From an uncultured Geobacter sp. (GTDB lineage Bacteria > Desulfobacterota > Desulfuromonadia > Geobacterales > DSM-12255), in the NCBI GenBank assembly GCA_937871715.1, contig CALMOE010000153.1:996-64995 (forward strand): 64,000 bases of DNA, read 5' to 3'. The notes beneath the pieces are model-generated. The model worked only from the letters and a program-made list of their open reading frames with translations, did not search any database and was not told where the DNA came from. Shown in pieces: positions 52,129-63,303 of the stretch (its first letter is position 1; the number at the start of each line of letters is the position of its first letter). Position numbers and translations under genes: made by a program.

Positions 52129-53592
52129 ATGACCATGCAGCGTTACTCCCCACTGCTGACAGACCTCTACGAGCTGACCATGCTCGCAGGTTATCTGGAA
52201 GAGGGTATCCACGAGACCCAGGCGGCTTTCGACCTCTTCTACAGGCACAATCCGTTCCAGGGGGGGTATGCAGTGTTTGCCGGCCTGGATCCGGTGCTGG
52301 ACTACCTGGAAAACCTGGCTTTCAACGAAGAAGAGCTGGCATACCTGTCGGATCTGGGGATTTTTGCCCCCAGGTTCATCGACTTTCTCCGCGATTTCCG
52401 TTTTCGCGGTTCGGTGACCGCCCCTCCGGAGGGGACTGTGGTCTTTGCCGGGGAACCGCTTCTCACCGTGGAGGGGAGCCTGGCGGAGGCCCAATTCGTG
52501 GAGACGGCCCTCCTCACAATGATCAACTTCCAGACCCTGATCGCCACCAAGGCGGCTAGAATTGTCCATGCAGCCGCCGGAGGGACGGTGCTGGAATTCG
52601 GCCTGCGCCGAGCCCACGGTCCGGATGGGGGGCTATCCGTAGCTAGGGCAGCTGCAATCGGCGGCGTGCTCAGCACCAGCAACGTCCTGGCCGGGATGAT
52701 ACATGGCCTGCCGGTGCGCGGCACCCATGCCCACAGCTGGATAATGGCCTTCCCCGACGAACTCACCTCCTTCCGCAAATACGCCGAGGTATTTCCCGAC
52801 AGCACCATCCTCCTGGTGGATACCTACGACACCCTGAGAAGCGGCCTCCCCAATGCCATTACCGTTGCCCGGGAGCTGCGTCAAAGGGGACACGAACTGG
52901 TGGGGATTCGCATCGACTCTGGGGACCTGGCCTACCTCTCCCGCGAGGCAAGGCGAATGCTGGATGAAGCCGGCTTCCCCGGGGTAAAGATCGTCGCCTC
53001 CAACGAACTGGACGAGCTGGTGATCGAGTCGATCCGCAGCGAGGGGGGGAGAGTGGACATCTATGGGGTCGGTACCAGGCTGGCCACTGGCGCCGGCGAA
53101 GGTGGCGGAGCACTGGGTGGGGTCTACAAACTGGTGCGCATCGGGGAGAGGCCCCGGCTGAAGATTACCAGCGACCTTGCCAAGGCAACCCTCCCTGACC
53201 GGAAGCGGCTACTGCGGGCGGTGGGGGGAGACGGCATCTTCATCCAGGACGTCATTGCCCTGGCAGATGAAAAAATTGAGGCAGGATCCACGGTCTTCGA
53301 TCCTGTCAACCCTCTGCAGCACAAGAAGCTCCCCTCGGGCGCAAAGTTGCTGGAGCTCAGACAAAAGGTGATGGCAGGGGGTAAGCGCCTTGATATTCGC
53401 AAGGAGAGCCTTATGGAGATGGCGGCCCGCTCGGCAGAGCAGTTAAGGCTCCTCCCCCAGGGGTGCATGAGGTTCGTCAACCCGCACATTTACAAGGTAT
53501 CCATAACCTCCGGCCTGCAGAAGATCCGCCTCGACCTGTACGAGGAGGTGAGGCAGAGCGTGGAGAAGCTGATCGGCGAGGAATTATCATGA
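52129..53592 (+). CDS. pncB: Nicotinate phosphoribosyltransferase
   Basis: ATG 52129 (SD ggagg 6 nt upstream). LLTDLYELTM...FGLRRAHG...GTHAHSW motifs. Confidence 0.9.
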   Translation: MTMQRYSPLLTDLYELTMLAGYLEEGIHETQAAFDLFYRHNPFQGGYAVFAGLDPVLDYLENLAFNEEELAYLSDLGIFAPRFIDFLRDFRFRGSVTAPPEGTVVFAGEPLLTVEGSLAEAQFVETALLTMINFQTLIATKAARIVHAAAGGTVLEFGLRRAHGPDGGLSVARAAAIGGVLSTSNVLAGMIHGLPVRGTHAHSWIMAFPDELTSFRKYAEVFPDSTILLVDTYDTLRSGLPNAITVARELRQRGHELVGIRIDSGDLAYLSREARRMLDEAGFPGVKIVASNELDELVIESIRSEGGRVDIYGVGTRLATGAGEGGGALGGVYKLVRIGERPRLKITSDLAKATLPDRKRLLRAVGGDGIFIQDVIALADEKIEAGSTVFDPVNPLQHKKLPSGAKLLELRQKVMAGGKRLDIRKESLMEMAARSAEQLRLLPQGCMRFVNPHIYKVSITSGLQKIRLDLYEEVRQSVEKLIGEELS

Positions 53593-54176
53593 AACACTCC
53601 AGCGCCTTTCTCATCATCGACCTGCAGAATGACTTCTGCCCGGGCGGCTCCCTGGCAGTACCCCATGGGAACGAGATCGTGCCGGTCGTCAACCGCTGCC
53701 TTGAACTATTCGCCGAGAAAAAGATCCCGGTCATCGCCAGCAGGGACTGGCACCCTGCCAGGAGCTCCCATTTCCGCGAATTCGGCGGCATCTGGCCACC
53801 CCACTGCATCCAGGTGACCCACGGGGCAAAGTTTCACCCCAGCCTGCACCTTCCGTCCAATGCTGTCATCGTCTCCAAGGGGATGGACCCGGAGCGCAAC
53901 GACTACTCCGCCTTCAGGGCCATGGATGCACGGGGGATGGATCTGGAGCAGATCCTGGAGGAAAAGGGGATAAATCATCTTTACGTTGCCGGCCTGGCCA
54001 CCGATTACTGCGTAAAGGAGAGCGTGCTGGACGCACTGCGCCTGGGTTTTGCCGTAACCGTCATCAGCGATGCGGTCATGGGGGTTGAACTTCAGGAAGG
54101 CGACTCCCAGAGGGCCACCAAGGAGATGACAGCCACGGGGGCGAAGATGAGATCATCCCACGATTTGGGGGTATGA
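53589..54176 (+). CDS. pncA: Nicotinamidase (isochorismatase family)
   Basis: The ATG overlaps the pncB stop (ATGA). LIIDLQNDFCPGGSLAV...ASRDWHP...LYVAGLATDYCV (catalytic Cys). Confidence 0.9.
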   Translation: MKHSSAFLIIDLQNDFCPGGSLAVPHGNEIVPVVNRCLELFAEKKIPVIASRDWHPARSSHFREFGGIWPPHCIQVTHGAKFHPSLHLPSNAVIVSKGMDPERNDYSAFRAMDARGMDLEQILEEKGINHLYVAGLATDYCVKESVLDALRLGFAVTVISDAVMGVELQEGDSQRATKEMTATGAKMRSSHDLGV

Positions 54177-54232
54177 AGCCGAGAAAGTCGCTGGCATGAG
54201 CCTGCTGCTGCCATCTTATCTAAAAGGCTCAA

Positions 54233-54264
54233 TAAAAAAGGGGCTGCGCCGTTGGCGAAGCCCC
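54233..54264 (-). terminator. Rho-independent terminator of gltBD
   Basis: On the minus strand: ggggcttcgcc-aac-ggcgcagcccc followed by TTTTTT, 44 nt after the gltD stop. Confidence 0.85.
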
Positions 54265-54307
54265 TTTCACATTCAAACCCGATGCAAGTAACGGGTGGCC
54301 CCGCTTA

Positions 54308-55789
54308 TCAGGGGAGTTCGGTGTTTCCCATGAGGTAGCGGTCGCACTCCCGAGCGGCGCCGCGCCCCTCGTTGAATGCCCATACCACCAGGCTCTGGCC
54401 GCGGCGGCAGTCGCCGGCGGCGAACACTCCTGGGATGCTGGTGGTGTACCGGCCGTAATCCGCCTTGATGTTGCTGCGCGGATCCAGCTCAAGGCCGAGG
54501 GATTCGAGAATCTGACGCTCCGGGCCGAGGAAGCCCATGGCGAGGAGAACCAGGCTCGCCGGGCGGACCTGTTCGGTGCCGGCAACCGGCTTGGGGATGA
54601 ACTGACCCTTGTCGTTCTTCTCCCAGGAGACCTGCACGGTGTGCACAGATTTGACGTTGCCGTCGGCATCCCCCTCGAAGCTGGTGGCGGTAGTCAGGTA
54701 GACGCGGGGATCGGCGCCATACCTGGCCGCAGCCTCTTCCTGGCCGTAATCGACCTTATGCACCTTCGGCCACTCAGGCCAGGGGTTGTCGGCACCCCTC
54801 TCAGCCGGAGACTGGGGCATGATCTCCAACTGGGTTACGGAGTTGCAGCAGTGACGCAGGGAGGTGGCGACGCAGTCGGTGCCGGTGTCACCGCCGCCGA
54901 TGATTATCACGTCCTTCCCCTTGGCGGAAATGGCAGTGTCAACGCCTGTCAGGACCGCCCTGGTGTTGGCGCTGAGAAAATCCATGGCGAAGTGGATCCC
55001 CTTGTGCGAGCGCCCCTCGATGGGGAGGTCGCGGGGTACGGTGGCGCCGGTGGCAAGCACGACCGCGTCAAACTCGCCGCGCAGCTTCTCAACCGGGTAG
55101 GCAGCGGTACCTACTTCCGTATTGCAGACAAAGATGACCCCCTCATCCTCAAGCAGCTTGATGCGGCGAAGGACGACCTCCCTCTTGTCCAGCTTCATGT
55201 TGGGGATGCCGTACATCAAGAGACCACCAGGGAGATCGGCTCTCTCGAATACGGTGACGCTGTGGCCTGCCCTGTTAAGCTGGGCAGCTGCCGAGAGTCC
55301 GGCTGGGCCGGAACCGACAACAGCCACACTCTTGCCGGTTCTCACCTCTGGCGGGTTAGGTGCGATCCAACCCTCTTCCCAACCCTTCTCGACGATGCTG
55401 ACCTCGATGTTCTTGATGGTGACCGGAGGCTCGTTAATCCCCAGGGTGCACGAACCTTCGCAGGGAGCCGGGCAGACCCGTCCGGTGAATTCGGGAAAAT
55501 TGTTGGTGCGGTGCAGGCGATCCAAGGCCTGACGCCACAGGTTCCTGTAAACCAGGTCATTCCACTCGGGGATGAGATTATTTATCGGGCATCCGCAAGC
55601 CATGCCGCTCAGCAGGGTGCCGGTGTGACAGAACGGAATGCCGCAATCCATGCAGCGGGCACCCTGAATACGGAGCTTTTCCTCCGACATGTGCAGATGG
55701 AACTCGTTCCAGTCGCTGATACGCTCTTGAGGATCCCTGTCAGCCGGGATCTCGCGGCTGTATTCCATAAATCCGGTTGGTTTTCCCAT
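54308..55789 (-). CDS. gltD: Glutamate synthase (NADPH) small subunit
   Basis: CMDCGIPFC and CPAPCEGSC Fe-S motifs. [14 protein letters not shown] dinucleotide fold. Confidence 0.95.
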   Translation of the reverse strand: MGKPTGFMEYSREIPADRDPQERISDWNEFHLHMSEEKLRIQGARCMDCGIPFCHTGTLLSGMACGCPINNLIPEWNDLVYRNLWRQALDRLHRTNNFPEFTGRVCPAPCEGSCTLGINEPPVTIKNIEVSIVEKGWEEGWIAPNPPEVRTGKSVAVVGSGPAGLSAAAQLNRAGHSVTVFERADLPGGLLMYGIPNMKLDKREVVLRRIKLLEDEGVIFVCNTEVGTAAYPVEKLRGEFDAVVLATGATVPRDLPIEGRSHKGIHFAMDFLSANTRAVLTGVDTAISAKGKDVIIIGGGDTGTDCVATSLRHCCNSVTQLEIMPQSPAERGADNPWPEWPKVHKVDYGQEEAAARYGADPRVYLTTATSFEGDADGNVKSVHTVQVSWEKNDKGQFIPKPVAGTEQVRPASLVLLAMGFLGPERQILESLGLELDPRSNIKADYGRYTTSIPGVFAAGDCRRGQSLVVWAFNEGRGAARECDRYLMGNTELP

Positions 55790-55843
55790 AATCGCTTCCT
55801 ATATAGGTTTTCTTGATGTAATCGCTACTGCTCCCGGCCGGCT

Positions 55844-58800
55844 CTAGCTGCCGCCAAGCCTTGCGGCGTCGTGGGAGTTCTCCTCGAATGCCGCTGCCAT
55901 TGCCTCTTCGCCACTGAGACCAGCTGCCTTGGCCCTCTCCAGGGCCTGCAGCACACGCTTGTAATCCATTGGCATGACCTTGACGAACTTGGGGAGGAAA
56001 CCTTCCCAATCGGCAAGGATAGCCCCGGCGCGGGCGCTCCCGGTCCTCTCGCTGTGGATGGTGACCATCTCCTTCAGCGTTGCTATGTCTCTGTCGCCGA
56101 GCTCCTCCATGGCAACCATCTGGGTGTTGCAGTGACCGGCAAAATCACCCTGCTCGTCAAGGACATAGGCAACACCGCCGCTCATCCCCGCGGCGAAGTT
56201 CCTGCCGGTTGAACCGAGGACTACCACGGTACCGCCGGTCATGTACTCGCAGCCGTGGTCACCAACCCCTTCGACAACCGCATTGACACCGGAGTTGCGC
56301 ACGCAGAAGCGCTCCCCTGCCATGCCGCGGATGTAGGCGGTGCCGCTGGTGGCACCGTAGAAGGCGACATTCCCGGCAATGATGTTATCCTCTGCCACGA
56401 AGTTGGAGCCTGCAGGGGGGTAAACCACTATGGTCCCGCCGGAAAGCCCCTTGCCCAGGTAGTCGTTGGCATCGCCCGAAAGCTCCATGGTCATCCCCTT
56501 GGGGATGAAGGCGCCGAAGCTCTGCCCTGCCGAGCCATGGAATAGAAGACTGACAGTCTCCTCAGGGAGCCCTTCCGGCCCACAGCTTCGGGTGATCTCG
56601 TTGCCAACTATGGTGCCGACAACGCGGTCGACGTTGGTGATCGGGAGTTCGGCGCGAACCCTCTCCCCACGCTCGATGGCCGACTTGCAGATATCGAGCA
56701 GCTTTGTCATATCTATGGACTTCTCCAGACCGTGGTCCTGGGCCTCGGTGCAGTACCTACCCACATCAATCCCAACGTCAGGTCGGTAGAGGATATTGGA
56801 AAGATCCAGGCCACTGGCTTTCCAGTGAGCAATGGCCTTCTTCGGCTCCAGCACGTTGGCGCGGCCGACCATCTCGTTGAAGGTGCGGAAGCCGAGCTGG
56901 GCCATGATCTCACGAACTTCCATGGCGACAAAGCGCATGAAGTTGACTACGTACTCCGGCTTGCCGGCAAACTTGGCCCTCAGTGCCGGATCCTGGGTGG
57001 CCACACCGGCTGGGCAGGTATTGCTGTGGCATACCCGCATCATTACGCAGCCAAGTGTTACCAGGGGAGCGGTGGCGAAGCCGAACTCCTCCGCACCGAG
57101 GAGGGCGGCAATGGCCACGTCGCGGCCGGTCTTCAGCTGTCCGTCCACCTCGACCACTATCCTGCTGCGCAGGTTGTTCAGCACCAGTGTCTGGTGTGTC
57201 TCGGCGAGACCGAGCTCCCAGGGGAGACCTGCATGCTTGATGCTTGAAAGGGGCGATGCGCCGGTACCGCCATCGTAACCGCTGATGAGCACCACGTCTG
57301 CGTGGGCCTTGGCAACACCTGCGGCGATGGTGCCTACCCCGACCTCGGAAACCAGCTTGACGCTGATGCGGGCGCGGCGGTTGGCATTCTTCAGGTCATG
57401 GATCAGCTCCGCCAGATCCTCGATGGAGTAGATGTCATGGTGCGGCGGCGGCGAGACCAAGCCTACGCCCGGAGTTGTATGACGGGTCTTGGCAACCCAC
57501 GGATAAACCTTGTGTCCGGGGAGCTCCCCACCCTCGCCCGGCTTTGCACCCTGGGCCAGCTTGATCTGGATCTCAGCGGCATTGGTCAGGTAGTTGCTGG
57601 TCACCCCGAAACGTCCGGAGGCAACCTGTTTGATTGCGCTGTTCTTGGAGTCACCCAGCTCGTTGGTCCAGGTGAAGCGATCCGGATCCTCGCCACCCTC
57701 ACCTGTGTTGGAGCGGCCGCCGATGCGGTTCATGGCTATGGCCAGAGCCTCGTGGGCCTCCTGGCTAATGGAGCCGTAGGACATGGCGCCGGTCTTGAAG
57801 CGCTTCATGATCGCCTCAATCGGCTCCACCTCCTCGATGGGGATGGGCACATAATCCTTGAAGTCCAGCAGGCCGCGCAGGGTGTAGAGGCGTTCGCTCT
57901 GCTCGTCTATAAGGCGGGAGAATACCTTGAACTCCTCGAAGTCGCCGGTACGGGTAGCCTTCTGCAGGGACTGGATGGTAAGGGGGTTGAAGAGATGCTC
58001 CTCACCCTCCTTGCGCCACTGGTACTGCCCACCCGGATCGAGGGTAAGGTCGCTGGCCACCCGCTCCGGGTAGGCCTTGCGATGACGGTTCAGCAACTCG
58101 GAGGCAATCCCCGTGAGGTCAACCCCCTCGATGCGCGACGGGGTCCAGGTGAAGTACTTGTCGATTACCGAGCTGTGCAGACCCACAGCTTCGAAAATCT
58201 GGGCACCACGGTAGCTCTGAACCGTGGAGATACCCATCTTGGCCATGGTCTTGACGACCCCTTTGATGGACGCCTTCAGGAAATTCTTCACCGCCTTCTT
58301 GTGTTCGATTCCCGGCAGCATCCCCTGCTGGATCATGTCATCCATGGACTCGAAAGCCAGGTAGGGGTTGATGGCATTGGCACCGTAGCCGAGGAGAACA
58401 GCGAAGTGATGCACCTCACGGGGCTCCCCGGACTCAAGAATCAGGGATACCCTGGTACGGGTGGCGCTGCGGATGAGGTGATGGTGCAGGCCCGCAACGG
58501 CCAGCAGGGCGGGGATGGCCGTATGCTGGCGGTCCACGCCGCGGTCAGAAAGGATCAGCAGAGAGTTGCCGGCCTCAATAGCCCGGTCTGCCTCACTGAA
58601 GAGTCGGTCGAGGGCTTTCTCCAGCCCCTGGGGGCCGTCGGCCGCCTGGAAGAGCAGAGAGAGTGTGGCCGGCCTGAAACCTTCGCGCTGTATATGGCGC
58701 AGCTTCTCAAAATCCTCGTTGCTGAGGATCGGCTGCTCCAACTTGATCATCCGGGCACTGGCCGCGGTTGGAACTAGCAGGTTCCCTTCTGCACCGATGA

Positions 58801-60433
58801 GGGTGGTGGTTGAGGTGATGATCTCCTCGCGGATCGGGTCGATGGGAGGATTGGTCACCTGGGCGAAGAGCTGCTTGAAGTAGTTGTAGAGGAGCTGGGG
58901 CTGCTCGGAGAGGACCGCCAGCGGCGTGTCTGTCCCCATTGAACCCAGGGGCTGCACCCCGTCGCGGGCCATGGGGCCGAGGATTACCCGCTGATCCTCA
59001 TATGTGTAGCCGAAGGCCTGCTGGCGCTGGACAACGGTCTTGTGATCAGGCTCATGCACGTGGGGTGCATCGGGAAGATCCTCAAGTAGGACATGATTCT
59101 CCTCCAGCCACTGGGCGTAGGGGTTAGCCGATGCCAGCTCCTTCTTGACCTCCTCGTCGGGGATGATCCTCCCCTGTACCGTGTCAACAAGGAACATCTT
59201 GCCCGGCTGCAATCGCCCTTTTTTCAGCACTTTCTCGGGTGCTACGGGGAGAACGCCTGCCTCGGAGGCCATGATGACCAGATCGTCGCTGGTTATGTAG
59301 TAGCGCGACGGACGCAGGCCGTTGCGATCGAGGACCGCACCGATGCAGCTGCCGTCGGTGAAGGCCACAGCCGCCGGCCCGTCCCACGGCTCCATCAGGC
59401 AGGAGTGGTACTCGTAGAATGCCCTCTTCTCCGGGCTCATGCTCTCGTGGCTCTCCCACGGCTCCGGTACCATCATCATCACAGCATGTGGGAGTGAGCG
59501 TCCGGCCATGACCAGGAGTTCAAGGCAGTTGTCGAACATGGCCGAGTCAGAGCCGTTGGTATTGATGATCGGCAGGGCCTTTTTCATCTCTTCGCCGAAA
59601 AGCTCACTGGCGATGAGGGACTGGCGGGCATGCATCCAGTTGACATTACCCCTCAGAGTATTGATCTCGCCGTTGTGGGCGAGGAAATGGTAGGGGTGAG
59701 CCCTGTCCCAGCTGGGGAATGTGTTGGTGGAGAAACGCGAGTGTACCAGTGCCAGGGCCGAAACCATGTCAGGATCGCGCAGGTCGGGATAATACTGGTC
59801 AACCTGCACCGGCATCAGCATACCCTTGTAGATCATTGTTCTGGAAGAGATGCTGGGTACGTACCAGAAGCTGTCAACGCCCGCATCGCGGATCTCGTGG
59901 ATAGCCCGCTGGTTGATGATGTACAGTTTGCGGTTGAAGGCCTGCTCGTCCGCACAGGAGTCGCTCCGCTTGATGAACAACTGGCGCACCCTCGGCTCGC
60001 CAGCCTTGGCCGTGTTGCCGAGCGAAGTATTGTCAGTCGGCACGTCGCGCCAGCCGAAGACCTTCAGCCCCTCTTCGGAGATGATACGCTCCATGACATG
60101 GCGCGCACTGTTGCGGGTCGTGGCCTCCGGGGAGGTAAACACCATGGCGACGCCATACTGTCCCAACCCGGGGAGCTCGATTCCCAGAGGGGTACAGACC
60201 TTGCGCAGGAAAGCATCGGGCATCTGGACAAGAATACCTGCTCCGTCGCCGGTGTTCGGCTCGCAACCAACCGCACCGCGGTGGTCGAGGTTGGTAAGGA
60301 TCGTCAGGGCCTGCTTGACGATTTCATGGGACTTGTTGCCCTTGATGTTGACGACAAAGCCAACACCGCAGGCGTCATGCTCGAACTGGGGATCATAAAG
60401 CCCCTGCTTTTTAGGCAAACCGATAGTTTTCAT
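55844..60433 (-). CDS. gltB: Glutamate synthase large subunit
   Basis: 1529 aa. The Ntn amidotransferase start [10 protein letters not shown], then central, FMN/3Fe-4S and GXGXG C-terminal domains. Confidence 0.95.
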   Translation of the reverse strand: MKTIGLPKKQGLYDPQFEHDACGVGFVVNIKGNKSHEIVKQALTILTNLDHRGAVGCEPNTGDGAGILVQMPDAFLRKVCTPLGIELPGLGQYGVAMVFTSPEATTRNSARHVMERIISEEGLKVFGWRDVPTDNTSLGNTAKAGEPRVRQLFIKRSDSCADEQAFNRKLYIINQRAIHEIRDAGVDSFWYVPSISSRTMIYKGMLMPVQVDQYYPDLRDPDMVSALALVHSRFSTNTFPSWDRAHPYHFLAHNGEINTLRGNVNWMHARQSLIASELFGEEMKKALPIINTNGSDSAMFDNCLELLVMAGRSLPHAVMMMVPEPWESHESMSPEKRAFYEYHSCLMEPWDGPAAVAFTDGSCIGAVLDRNGLRPSRYYITSDDLVIMASEAGVLPVAPEKVLKKGRLQPGKMFLVDTVQGRIIPDEEVKKELASANPYAQWLEENHVLLEDLPDAPHVHEPDHKTVVQRQQAFGYTYEDQRVILGPMARDGVQPLGSMGTDTPLAVLSEQPQLLYNYFKQLFAQVTNPPIDPIREEIITSTTTLIGAEGNLLVPTAASARMIKLEQPILSNEDFEKLRHIQREGFRPATLSLLFQAADGPQGLEKALDRLFSEADRAIEAGNSLLILSDRGVDRQHTAIPALLAVAGLHHHLIRSATRTRVSLILESGEPREVHHFAVLLGYGANAINPYLAFESMDDMIQQGMLPGIEHKKAVKNFLKASIKGVVKTMAKMGISTVQSYRGAQIFEAVGLHSSVIDKYFTWTPSRIEGVDLTGIASELLNRHRKAYPERVASDLTLDPGGQYQWRKEGEEHLFNPLTIQSLQKATRTGDFEEFKVFSRLIDEQSERLYTLRGLLDFKDYVPIPIEEVEPIEAIMKRFKTGAMSYGSISQEAHEALAIAMNRIGGRSNTGEGGEDPDRFTWTNELGDSKNSAIKQVASGRFGVTSNYLTNAAEIQIKLAQGAKPGEGGELPGHKVYPWVAKTRHTTPGVGLVSPPPHHDIYSIEDLAELIHDLKNANRRARISVKLVSEVGVGTIAAGVAKAHADVVLISGYDGGTGASPLSSIKHAGLPWELGLAETHQTLVLNNLRSRIVVEVDGQLKTGRDVAIAALLGAEEFGFATAPLVTLGCVMMRVCHSNTCPAGVATQDPALRAKFAGKPEYVVNFMRFVAMEVREIMAQLGFRTFNEMVGRANVLEPKKAIAHWKASGLDLSNILYRPDVGIDVGRYCTEAQDHGLEKSIDMTKLLDICKSAIERGERVRAELPITNVDRVVGTIVGNEITRSCGPEGLPEETVSLLFHGSAGQSFGAFIPKGMTMELSGDANDYLGKGLSGGTIVVYPPAGSNFVAEDNIIAGNVAFYGATSGTAYIRGMAGERFCVRNSGVNAVVEGVGDHGCEYMTGGTVVVLGSTGRNFAAGMSGGVAYVLDEQGDFAGHCNTQMVAMEELGDRDIATLKEMVTIHSERTGSARAGAILADWEGFLPKFVKVMPMDYKRVLQALERAKAAGLSGEEAMAAAFEENSHDAARLGGS

Positions 60434-60893
60434 GTTGCAACCCTTGTTATGACTGTGGTTCTCGCAGACTGCCGGCAGATCCGTTTGAGGGGAAGGTTTT
60501 GCGGAGAATGCTGAAACGAATGCAAACTGCTGGGGTCAATCCGATGCGAAATAGGTAAAATACCTTTCTCGTGGACGTTTTTCAATAAAAAAGATGCTCA
60601 CACCAGCTTTGTCAACACTAATTAACGTCCACCTATCAAAAAAACTGCAGATACACACCTGAAAGTTAGCAATTCGTGACACAAAGATGTGGCACCCGAC
60701 CATGAAAGTACACTATTTGCACAAAATTAGCCCCAGACAAGAGCGATAATGCTCACCAATGAACATGAGACAGCAGTGTTTGGCAAAAAAGCTGTTTTCA
60801 GCACAAAGCAGCCCCCCCTGCATAGAATTTCTAACAGGGGGGGCAATCCGGGGCCGTTTTCACTTCACCCCCGGAAGCCTATCCGCTGGCGAG

Positions 60894-62486
60894 CTACTTC
60901 CTGTACTCTTTCCATATGAGCCCGGTATCGGAATTGAACTTGGTAACGCTGTCCGAATCTTCGATATTGCCGGTAAATGATGAGTCATCGTCCCAGAGAA
61001 CTCCTTCAGGCATCATCAGCCTGGCCACCTCGGTCTCTCCTGCAATTTTTCTTCCGGCGAGATGCTTGACATGAACATCGAACAGCTTGAGCGAGAATTT
61101 CCCATCAACAGGTCTACCCCCCTTAGGCTCAACCAGAAAGAGATAGATGCCTTCCTGCGCCCGCTCCAGCACCGCCTCAAGAGTGCTTTTCGAACTTCTC
61201 ATGAGAATAGGGGTCAGTTTCTGCACCGCCTTCGCTTCCCCTCTGGACATGGGCTTGATATGTTTGCCCTTGGGATAGTCGATAAAAAGAATCTTGATCG
61301 AAAGGTCCTCTTCCGAGTGGACGGACAACTTAATGTCCCCCTTGATCGACGGTAGAGAAATACCCTTCGTTTTTTCATTTTTTTGCGGCTGTTCGGCTGT
61401 TGCGCTACCAGTGGGTATCGATGCTGTTCCGGCCTTGTCAGGGATATTGCTTTTGACCAGTGCTGGAGCCAAGGTGCCAATAGCACTTCCGACAACCGGC
61501 CGCTCAGGTTCCCTTGAGAGTGTGGGTAAAGATGGTTGAACCGGCTTGGCAATATCCCCCTTTAGTTTTGCGGCATTTCCTTCGGCTGTACGTGCCTGTG
61601 CCAGCTTACTCCTTTCCAGCTGCTCGCTCTCAGCCTTCAACCTGGCATCACGTTCCCGGCGGGATTTTGCTTCTGCCTCTTTCTGAAGTGCCAGCCGTTC
61701 TGCCGCAAGTCTCTCCCTGGCCGCTTTTTCCCGTGCCAGTTGTTCTAGTGCTACCCTCTCCCTAGCCTCCTTCTCCCGTAATTGCCGCTCCAGTTCAACC
61801 TTCCTGGCAGCTTCGGCCCTCTGCAACGCCTCAGCTGCTTGCGCCCTTAAAGCCGCTTCCTTCTCCGCCTCCAAGCGAAGGCTCTTCTCATGTTCAACCT
61901 TCAGAGCCTCAAGCTCCATCTTTGCCACTAAGTCGTTATCCGCTTCGCTCTCAGATGGCTTTGCCTTGCCAACGCCCTGCTCGGCCAAAGAAAGCCCGGG
62001 TTCAGAATATTTGATCGGAGGCAGAGACTCTGCTTTCGCAACTGCCGTGTGTCCTTGTGACTCAACAGGAACGTCAGGAACTTTCTGTTTCTCTGCCGGT
62101 TCATTTCGCACATGTTTTGCATTGATTGTCGTCACTTCAATGTCGTCTTTTCCATCCTGCAGAGGTGGAACAAGAGCGGACTCATCATCAACCTCCTCAA
62201 TCTCTTCAGCCTGAGTGGCACCCGTCCCTGTATGAGCTTTTGGAGTTTCAGGAGCAGGGCTTACGGTATTTTCCTGCGGTGACTCGACAGGACTCTCGCT
62301 TCCAGGGAGAAGGTTTGCCCAAATGAAATTAAAATCAAACCGATGGCTACTGCTATTGATGGGAGGATAATAAATGGCCGTTGTGGCAAGTATGGCGATC
62401 AGCACGCAGTGGAATATCCCGGAGGCGAGAAAAGCCCCCAATAATCCGGGATAATCAGCCTTGTTATGACGACAAGAACTCAGCAT
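60894..62486 (-). CDS. Membrane-anchored coiled-coil (TolA-like) protein with unknown C-terminal domain
   Basis: One N-terminal TM helix (LLGAFLASGIFHCVLIAILATTAIYY). An acidic/Pro spacer. About 130 aa of E/A/R/K-rich helix (LEAEKEAALRAQAAEALQRAEAARKVELERQLREKEARER...). About 170-aa beta-looking C-domain. Lower GC by eye. Confidence 0.7.
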   Translation of the reverse strand: MLSSCRHNKADYPGLLGAFLASGIFHCVLIAILATTAIYYPPINSSSHRFDFNFIWANLLPGSESPVESPQENTVSPAPETPKAHTGTGATQAEEIEEVDDESALVPPLQDGKDDIEVTTINAKHVRNEPAEKQKVPDVPVESQGHTAVAKAESLPPIKYSEPGLSLAEQGVGKAKPSESEADNDLVAKMELEALKVEHEKSLRLEAEKEAALRAQAAEALQRAEAARKVELERQLREKEARERVALEQLAREKAARERLAAERLALQKEAEAKSRRERDARLKAESEQLERSKLAQARTAEGNAAKLKGDIAKPVQPSLPTLSREPERPVVGSAIGTLAPALVKSNIPDKAGTASIPTGSATAEQPQKNEKTKGISLPSIKGDIKLSVHSEEDLSIKILFIDYPKGKHIKPMSRGEAKAVQKLTPILMRSSKSTLEAVLERAQEGIYLFLVEPKGGRPVDGKFSLKLFDVHVKHLAGRKIAGETEVARLMMPEGVLWDDDSSFTGNIEDSDSVTKFNSDTGLIWKEYRK

Positions 62487-62511
62487 ACCTACCCCTGTAG
62501 CTGCTACATTA

Positions 62512-63303
62512 CTAATCCGAATCTAGAAGATAACTTTTATAACGTTTTCGATCAGGAGTACGCAAGCAGACAAAAAGAACACAAAATTCTAGAACAGCGA
62601 TAATATAATCTTTAAATTTAACTTTGGAGCCCTTTACGTCTGTCCACTCGTTAAGCGGATATTCATACCAGTTTGAACACACCTGAGAAGGAGTATACCC
62701 GGTTATTACTGAGAATCTTGCCAGCAATTCGACATCAAAAGTCCAATTCACCTTGAAAGGCTTCCAGAAAACTTTCCGCAATGGTTCAACGTTTTTAAAT
62801 ATCTTTGCACCGCACTGCGTGTCATACACGACGATGTCAATCAGCAGGGATGCGCAGGTGGCGAAAATTCTGCCGACATAATGCCTGAGCGGATTTCGCT
62901 GGATACTCCTACCAAGAAGGCGCACTCGCGACCCGAGCACAACGGTCACATCGGACGAATCGAGCAGGTTGCAGTAATCTGAGATGACCTCCAGCGGCGT
63001 TGCCAAATCGGCATCCCAGTAACCAACGTTGTCGAAAAGGCCATCTATGGCCTTAAGCATACCAAGTCGCACAGCTTCCGCCTTCCCGCGGTTGTATTCA
63101 AGCTGCAGTATATCAACCTGTGCCGGGTTCTTTTCCCTGATCGCCTCGAGAATGGAGAAGGTATCGTCTGTACTGCCGTCATCAACGAAGAGAAATGACA
63201 GATTGGGTTCCATCTCGAGTGCAACCAGGAAAAGATCTGGGTTAATTCGCTTTGCTTCGTTGTAACAGGGTACAACTATTCCGGTTTTTCGCATAGAACC
63301 CAT
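62512..63303 (-). CDS. Family-2 glycosyltransferase (polyprenyl-phosphate sugar transferase-like)
   Basis: IVVPCYNE...FVDDGSTDDT...NRGKAEAVRLG...WDADLATP are the GT2 (DxD, ED) motifs. Confidence 0.85.
   Translation of the reverse strand: MGSMRKTGIVVPCYNEAKRINPDLFLVALEMEPNLSFLFVDDGSTDDTFSILEAIREKNPAQVDILQLEYNRGKAEAVRLGMLKAIDGLFDNVGYWDADLATPLEVISDYCNLLDSSDVTVVLGSRVRLLGRSIQRNPLRHYVGRIFATCASLLIDIVVYDTQCGAKIFKNVEPLRKVFWKPFKVNWTFDVELLARFSVITGYTPSQVCSNWYEYPLNEWTDVKGSKVKFKDYIIAVLEFCVLFVCLRTPDRKRYKSYLLDSD

Noticed and set aside
60668-60695. Sigma-54-like strings upstream of gltB (minus strand TGTCACGAATTGCT; plus strand TGGCAC at 60690)
   Set aside because: The minus-strand string lacks the GG dinucleotide and has the wrong -24/-12 spacing. 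The plus-strand TGGCAC has no TTGC element 5 nt downstream and points away from gltB.
60759-60980. 73-aa plus-strand ORF
   Set aside because: Its 3' part overlaps the end of the 530-aa minus-strand gene, and the rest lies in an AT-rich spacer. It has no SD or motif.
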